DNA of 64,000 nt, taken from positions 402,504,001-402,568,000 of the forward strand of contig OZ024741.1 of the NCBI GenBank assembly GCA_964016885.1, given 5' to 3'. Source of the stretch: Eledone cirrhosa. Its lineage: Eukaryota. The translations under genes were made by a program, and so were the position numbers. How positions within the stretch are numbered: the stretch's first letter is position 1; each line of letters opens with the position of its first letter. Below the pieces are notes generated by a model. That model did not search any database and was not told the DNA's origin. It saw nothing but the letters and a program-made list of their open reading frames with translations. Of this stretch, positions 57,191-64,000 are shown piece after piece.

Positions 57191-60019
57191 TGAAGACAGT
57201 GTGTTTAGCTTTAAACCTCCCTCCCTTCTTCTGATTACTGAGTTGAAGACAGTGTGTTTAGCTTTTACACCTCCCTCCCTTCTTCTGATTACTCAGTTGA
57301 AGACAGTGTGTTTAGCTTTTTCACCTCCCTCCCTTCTTCTGATTACTCAGTTGAAGACAGTGTGTTTAGCTTTTACACCTCCCTCCCTTCTTCTGATTAC
57401 TCAGTTGAAGACAGTGTGTTTAGCTTTTACACCTCCCTCCCTTTTTCTGATTACTCAGTTGAAGACAGTGTGTTTAGCTTTTACACCTCCCTCCCTTCTT
57501 CTGATTACTCAGTTGAAGACAGTGTGTTTAGCTTTTACACCTCCCTCCCTTCTTCTGATTACTGAGTTGAAGACAGTGTGTTTAGCTTTTACACCTCCCT
57601 CCCTTCTTCTGATTACTGAGTTGAAGACAGTGTGTTTAGCTTTTACACCTCCCTCCCTTCTTCTGATTACTGAGTTGAAGACAGTGTGTTTAGCTTTTAC
57701 ACCTCCCTCCCTTCTGATTACTGAGTTGAAGACAGTGTGTTTAGCTTTTAAACCTCCCTCCCTTCTTCTGATTACTGAGTTGAAGACAGTGTGTTTAGCT
57801 TTTACACCTCCCTCCCTTCTTCTGATTACTGAGTTGAAGACAGTGTGTTTAGCTTTTACAACTACCGCCCTTCTTCTGATTACTGAGTTGAAGACAGTGT
57901 GTTTAGATTTTACACCTCCCTCCCTTCTTCTGATTACTGAGTTGAAGACAGTGAGTTTAGCTTTTACACCTCCCTCCCTTCTTCTGATTACTGAGTTGAA
58001 GACAGTGTGTTCAGCTTTTACACCTCCCTCCCTTCTGATTACTGAGTTGAAGACAGTGTGTTTAGCTTTTACACCTCCCTCCCTTCTTCTGATTACTGAG
58101 TTGAAGACAGTGTGTTTAGCTTTTACAACTCCCGCCCTTCTTCTGATTACTGAGTTGAAGACAGTGTGTTTAGCTTTTACACCTACCTCCCTTCTTCTGA
58201 TTACTGAGTTGAAGACAGTGTGTTCAGCTTTTACACCTCCTTTCTGATTACTGAGTTGAAGACAGTGTGTTTAGCTTTTACACCTCCCTCCCTACTTCTG
58301 ATTACTGAGTTGAAGACAGTGTGTTTAGCTTTTAAACCTCCCTCTCTACTTCTGATTACTGAGTTGAAGACAGTGTGTTTAGCTTTTACACCTCCCTCCC
58401 TTCTTCTGATTACTGAGTTGAAGACAGTGTGTTTAGCTTTTACACCTCCCCCCCTACTTCTGATTACTGAGTTGAAGACAGTGTGTTTAGCTTTTACACC
58501 TCCCTCCCTTCTTCTGATTACTGAGTTGAAGTCAGTGTGTTTAGCTTTTACACCTCCCACCCTTCTTCTGATTACTGAGTTGAAGACAGTGTGTTTAGCT
58601 GTTACACCTCCCTCCCTTCTTCTGATTACTGAGTTGAAGACAGTGTGTTTAGCTTTTACACCTCCCTCCCTTCTTCTGATTGCTGAGTTGAAGACAGTGT
58701 GTTTATCTTTTACACCTCCCTCCCTTCTTCTGATTACTGAGTTGAAAACAGTGTGTTTAGCTTTTACACCTCCCCCCCTTCTTCTGATTACTGAGTTGAA
58801 GACAGTGTGTTTAGCTTTTACACCTCCCTCCCTTCTTCTGATTACTGAGTTGAAGACAGTGTATTTAGCTTTTACACCTCCCTCCCTCCTTCTGATTACT
58901 GAGTTGAAGACAGTGTGTTTAGCTTTTACACCTCCCTCCCTTCTGATTACTGAGTTGAAGACAGTGTGTTTAGCTTTTACACCTCCCCCCCTTCTTCTGA
59001 TTACTGAGTTGAAGACAGTGTGTTTAGCTTTTACACCTCCCTCCCTTCTTCTGATTACTCAGTTGAAGACAGTGTGTTTAGCTTTTACACCTCCCTCCCT
59101 TCTTCTGATTACTCAGTTGAAGACAGTGTGTTTAGCTTTTACACCTCCCTCCCTTCTTCTGATTACTCAGTTGAAGACAGTGTGTTTAGCTTTTACACCT
59201 CCCTCCCTTTTTCTGATTACTCAGTTGAAGACAGTGTGTTTAGCTTTTACACCTCCCTCCCTTCTTCTGATTACTCAGTTGAAGACAGTGTGTTTAGCTT
59301 TTACACCTCCCTCCCTTCTTCTGATTACTGAGTTGAAGACAGTGTGTTTAGCTTTTACACCTCCCTCCCTTCTTCTGATTACTGAGTTGAAGACAGTGTG
59401 TTTAGCTTTTACACCTCCCTCCCTTCTGATCACTGAGTTGAAGAGAGTGTGTTTAGCTTTTACACCACCCTCCCTTCTGATTACTGAGTTGAAGACAGTG
59501 TGTTTAGCTTTTACACCTCCCTCCCTTCTTCTGATTACTGAGTTGAAGACAGTGTGTTTAGCTTTTACACCTCCCTCCCTTCTTCTGATTACTGAGTTGA
59601 AGACAGTGTGTTTAGCTTTTACACCTCCCTCCCTTCTTCTGATTACTGAGTTGAAGACAGTGTGTTTAGCTTTTACACCTCCCTCCCTTCTGATCACTGA
59701 GTTGAAGACAGTGTGTTTAGCTTTTACACCTCCCTCCCTTCTGATTACTGAGTTGAAGACAGTGAGTTTATCTTTTACACCTCCCTCCCATCTTCTGATT
59801 ACTGAGTTGAAGACAGTGTGTTTAGCTTTTACACCTCCCTCCCTTCTGATCACTGAGTTGAAGAGAGTGTGTTTAGCTTTTACACCACCCTCCCTTCTGA
59901 TTACTGAGTTGAAGACAGTGTGTTTAGCTTTTACACCTCCCTCCCTACTTCTGATTGCTGAGTTGAAGACAGTGTGTTTAGCTTTTACACCTCCCCCCCT
60001 TCTTCTGATTACTGAGTTG

Positions 60020-62150
60020 AAGACAGTGAGTTTAGCTTTTACACCTCCCTCCCTTCTTCTGATTACTGAGTTGAAGACAGTGTGTTCAGCTTTTACACCT
60101 CCCTCCCTTCTGATTACTGAGTTGAAGACAGTGTGTTTAGCTTTTACACCTCCCTCCCTTCTTCTGATTACTGAGTTGAAGACAGTGTGTTTAGCTTTTA
60201 CAACTCCCGCCCTTCTTCTGATTACTGAGTTGAAGACAGTGTGTTTAGCTTTTACACCTACCTCCCTTCTTCTGATTACTGAGTTGAAGACAGTGTGTTC
60301 AGCTTTTACACCTCCCTTCTGATTACTGAGTTGAAGACAGTGTGTTTAGCTTTTACACCTCCCTCCCTACTTCTGATTACTGAGTTGAAGACAGTGTGTT
60401 TAGCTTTTACACCTCCCTCTCTACTTCTGATTACTGAGTTGAAGACAGTGTGTTTAGCTTTTACACCTCCCTCCCTTCTTCTGATTACTGAGTTGAAGAC
60501 AGTGTGTTTAGCTTTTACACCTCCCACCCTACTTCTGATTACTGAGTTGAAGACAGTGTGTTTAGCTTTTACACCTCCCTCCCTTCTTCTGATTACTGAG
60601 TTGAAGTCAGTGTGTTTAGCTTTTACACCTCCCACCCTTCTTCTGATTACTGAGTTGAAGACAGTGTGTTTAGCTGTTACACCTCCCTCCCTTCTTCTGA
60701 TTACTGAGTTGAAGACAGTGTGTTTAGCTTTTACACCTCCCTCCCTTCTTCTGATTGCTGAGTTGAAGACAGTGTGTTTATCTTTTACACCTCCCTCCCT
60801 TCTTCTGATTACTGAGTTGAAAACAGTGTGTTTAGCATTTACACCTCCCTCCCTTCTTCTGATTACTGAGTTGAAGACAGTGTGTTTAGCTTTTACACCT
60901 CCCTCCCTTCTTCTGATTACTGCGTTGAAGACAGTGTGTTTAGTTTTACACCTCCCTCCCTTCTTCTGATTACTGAGTTGAAGACAGTGTGTTTAGCTTT
61001 TACACCTCCCTCCCTCCTTCTGATTACTGAGTTGAAGACAGTGTGTTTAGCTTTTACACCTCCCTCCCTTCTGATTACTGAGTTGAAGACAGTGTGTTTA
61101 GCTTTTACACCTCCCTCCCTTCTTCTGATTACTGAGTTGAAGACAGTGTGTTTAGCTTTTACACCTCCCTCCCTTCTTCTGATTACTGAGTTGAAGACAG
61201 TGTATTTAGCTTTTACACCTCCCTCCCTACTTCTGATTGCTGAGTTGAAGACAGTGTGTTTAGCTTTTACACCTCCCTCCCTTCTTCTGATTACTGAGTT
61301 GAAGACAGTGTGTTTAGCTTTTACACCTCCCTCCCTTCTTCTGATTACTCAGTTGAAGACAGTGTGTTTAGCTTTTACACCTCCCTCCCTTCTTCTGATT
61401 ACTCAGTTGAAGACAGTGTGTTTAGCTTTTACACCTCCCTCCCTTCTTCTGATTACTCAGTTGAAGACAGTGTGTTTAGCTTTTACACCTCCCTCCCTTT
61501 TTCTGATTACTCAGTTGAAGACAGTGTGTTTAGCTTTTACACCTCCCTCCCTTCTTCTGATTACTCAGTTGAAGACAGTGTGTTTAGCTTTTACACCTCC
61601 CTCCGTTCTTCTGATTACTGAGTTGAAGACAGTGTGTTTAGCTTTTACACCTCCCTCCCTTCTGATCACTGAGTTGAAGAGAGTGTGTTTAGCTTTTACA
61701 CCACCCTCCCTTCTGATTACTGAGTTGAAGACAGTGTGTTTAGCTTTTACACCTCCCTCCCTTCTTCTGATTACTGAGTTGAAGACAGTGTGTTTAGCTT
61801 TTACACCTCCCTCCCTTCTTCTGATTACTGAGTTGAAGACAGTGTGTTTAGCTTTTACACCTCCCTCCCTTCTTCTGATTACTGAGTTGAAGACAGTGTG
61901 TTTAGCTTTTACACCTCCCTCCCTTCTGATCACTGAGTTGAAGACAGTGTGTTTAGCTTTTACACCTCCCTCCCTTCTGATTACTGAGTTGAAGACAGTG
62001 AGTTTATCTTTTACACCTCCCTCCCATCTTCTGATTACTGAGTTGAAGACAGTGTGTTTAGCTTTTACACCTCCCTCCCTTCTTCTGAATACTGAGTTGA
62101 AGACTGTGTGTTTAGCTTTTACACCTCCCTCCCTTCTTCTGATTACTGAG
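60020..62150. repeat. Dispersed copy of about 28.3-30.4 kb, offset 31740 bp
   Basis: ORF pairs 28555/60295, 29142/60882 and 29570/61310. The private 1-bp deletion TTAGTTTTACAC occurs at about 29200 and about 60940. Confidence 0.87.
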
Positions 62151-64000
62151 TTGAAGACAGTGTGTTTAGCTGTTACACCTCCCTCGCTTCTTCTGATTAC
62201 TGAGTTGAAGACAGTGTGTTTAGCTTTTACACCTCCCTCCCTTCTTCTGATTACTGAGTTGAAGACAGTGTGTTTAGCTTTTACACCTCCCTCCCTTCTT
62301 CTGATTACTGAGTTGAAGACAGTGTGTTTAGCTGTTACACCTCCCTCGCTTCTTCTGATTACTGAGTTGAAGACAGTGTGTTTAGCTTTTACACCTCCCT
62401 CCCTTCTTCTGATTACTGAGTTGAAGACAGTGTGTTTAGCTTTTACACCTCCCTCCCTTCTTCTGATTACTGAGTTGAAGACAGTGTGTTTAGCTTTTAC
62501 ACCTCCCTCCCTTCTTCTGATTACTCAGTTGAAGACAGTGTGTTTAGCTTTTACACCTCCCTCCCTTCTTCTGATTACTGAGTTGAAGACAGTGTGTTTA
62601 GCTTTTACACCTCCCTCCCTTCTGATCACTGAGTTGAAGACAGTGTGTTTAGCTTTTACACCTCCCTCCCTTCTGATTACTGAGTTGAAGACAGTGAGTT
62701 TATCTTTTACACCTCCCTCCCATCTTCTGATTACTGAGTTGAAGACAGTGTGTTTAGCTTTTACACCTCCCTCCCTTCTGATCACTGAGTTGAAGAGAGT
62801 GTGTTTAGCTTTTACACCACCCTCCCTTCTGATTACTGAGTTGAAGACAGTGTGTTTAGCTTTTACACCTCCCTCCCTACTTCTGATTGCTGAGTTGAAG
62901 ACAGTGTGTTTAGCTTTTACACCTCCCCCCCTTCTTCTGATTACTGAGTTGAAGACAGTGTGTTTAGCTTTTACACCTCCCTCCCTTCTTCTGATTACTC
63001 AGTTGAAGACAGTGTGTTTAGCTTTTACACCTCCCTCCCTTCTTCTGATTACTCAGTTGAAGACAGTGTGTTTAGCTTTTACACCTCCCTCCCTTCTTCT
63101 GATTACTCAGTTGAAGACAGTGTGTTTAGCTTTTACACCTCCCTCCCTTTTTCTGATTACTCAGTTGAAGACAGTGTGTTTAGCTTTTACACCTCCCTCC
63201 CTTCTTCTGAATACTGAGTTGAAGACTGTGTGTTTAGCTTTTACACCTCCCTCCCTTCTTCTGATTACTGAGTTGATGACTGTGTTTAGCTTTTACACCT
63301 CCCTCCCTACTTCTAATTACTGAGTTGAAGACAGTTTGTTTAGCTTTTACACCTCCCTCCCTTCTTCTGATTACTGAGTTGAAGACAGTGTGTTTAGCTT
63401 TTACACCTCCCTCCCTTCTTCTGATTACTGAGTTGAAGACAGTGTGTTTAGCTGTTACACCTCCCTCGCTTCTTCTGATTACTGAGTTGAAGACAGTGTG
63501 TTTAGCTTTTACACCTCCCTCCCTTCTTCTGATTACTGAGTTGAAGACAGTGTGTTTAGCTTTTACAACTCCCGCCCTTCTTCTGATTACTGAGTTGAAG
63601 ACAGTGTGTTTAGCTTTTACACCTCCCTCCCTTCTTCTGATTACTGAGTTGAAGACAGTGTGTTTAGCTTTTACACCTCCCTCCCTTCTTCTGATTACTG
63701 AGTTGAAGACAGTGTGTTTAGCTTTTACAACTCCCGCCCTTCTTCTGATTACTGAGTTGAAGACAGTGTGTTTAGCTTTTACACCTCCCTCCCTTCTTCT
63801 GATTACTGAGTTGAAGACAGTGTGTTTAGCTTTTACAACTCCCGCCCTACTTCTGATTACTGAGTTGAAGACAGTGTGTTTAGCTTTTACACCTCCCTCC
63901 CTTCTTCTGATTACTGAGTTGAAGACAGTGAGTTTAGCTTTTACACCTCCCTCCCTTCTTCTGATTACTGAGTTGAAGACAGTGTGTTCAGCTTTTACAC

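Larger units (their letters stand above)
38800..58200. repeat. Large imperfect tandem duplication, starting offset 9009 bp, with the second copy expanded internally
   Basis: ORF pairs 38982/47991, 40735/49744 and 41659/50668 (9009), then 42564/53431 (10867) and 46810/57201 (10391). Shared variants: ACACATCCC, the 1-bp-deleted GAAACAG, GCTTTAAACC and the 216-bp HOR runs. Confidence 0.82.
1..64000. repeat. 54-bp tandem satellite/minisatellite array, head-to-tail, about 1,190 monomers, extending beyond both window ends
   Basis: The same 54-mer recurs throughout, mostly with 0-3 differences per copy. Length variants of 53, 52, 51, 50, 49 and 47 bp occur. I found no non-repeat sequence and no strand switch. 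Confidence 0.99.

Noticed and set aside
532-62785. Minus-strand basic ORFs (VIRRREGGVKAKHTVFNS)n
   Set aside because: This is the second stop-free frame of the same monomer, broken by the same indels, with no gene context. Only Ribo-seq or proteomics could rescue it.
1537-63217. Short ORFs (SSDYSVEDSVFSFYTSLP)n
   Set aside because: They coincide exactly with the CTCAG runs, which remove a TGA.
27-63323. Long + strand ORFs of (ITELKTVCLAFTPPSLLL)n, up to 1267 aa
   Set aside because: They follow from a 54-bp unit with a stop-free frame. Starts are TTG/GTG inside the repeat, there are no unique termini, there are dozens of amplified frameshifts and some stops, and I see no evident synonymous bias among variants.
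1-64000. CRISPR-like array or variable-cassette system
   Set aside because: There are no unique spacers. Variation is point changes spread over the whole monomer and inherited in blocks, and no cas, recombinase or RT gene is present.
1-64000. CACCTCC / GGAGGTG resembling anti-Shine-Dalgarno/SD or the Jeffreys minisatellite core
   Set aside because: The match is only 7 nt, with no rRNA or gene context, and is expected by chance in a C-rich tract.
1-64000. CCTCCCT human recombination-hotspot (PRDM9) heptamer in each monomer
   Set aside because: The motif is allele- and species-specific, the organism is unknown, and the consensus mismatches the 13-mer CCNCCNTNNCCNC.
1-64000. Telomeric repeat, alpha satellite/CENP-B box, or tandem tRNA/5S/snRNA genes
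   Set aside because: There are no TTAGGG-type repeats, no CpG-containing CENP-B box, and no recognisable RNA-gene motifs or stable fold. The unit is too short.
1-64000. Synthetic concatemer or rolling-circle artefact (BbsI site in each unit)
   Set aside because: Hierarchically shared variants and nested duplications indicate an evolutionary history rather than copies of one template. Local assembly errors remain possible.

Overview
The whole 64-kb window is one uninterrupted, single-orientation tandem array of a 54-bp monomer, about 1,190 copies, running off both edges. The consensus is ACTGAGTTGAAGACAGTGTGTTTAGCTTTTACACCTCCCTCCCTTCTTCTGATT (10A/14C/9G/21T, about 43% GC, 65% pyrimidine on +, no CpG). 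I see no unique sequence, gene, RNA gene, transposon, inversion or CRISPR spacer. Every ORF in the track is a by-product of a monomer whose length is divisible by 3 and which has stop-free frames. The information lies in the order of variant monomers. That order shows a degenerate higher-order unit of about 3.4-4.4 kb, young 3-mer and 4-mer sub-HORs, tandem duplications of 1.8-1.9 kb, longer-range block copies at offsets of 4.3-31.7 kb, and a 1.5-kb variant-free tract that keeps the 4-mer phase. This looks like eukaryotic satellite or large-minisatellite DNA (inference). I cannot name the family or organism, and I cannot support a new protein-based system here. Coordinates were read by eye and from the ORF track, so block boundaries are approximate to about one monomer.
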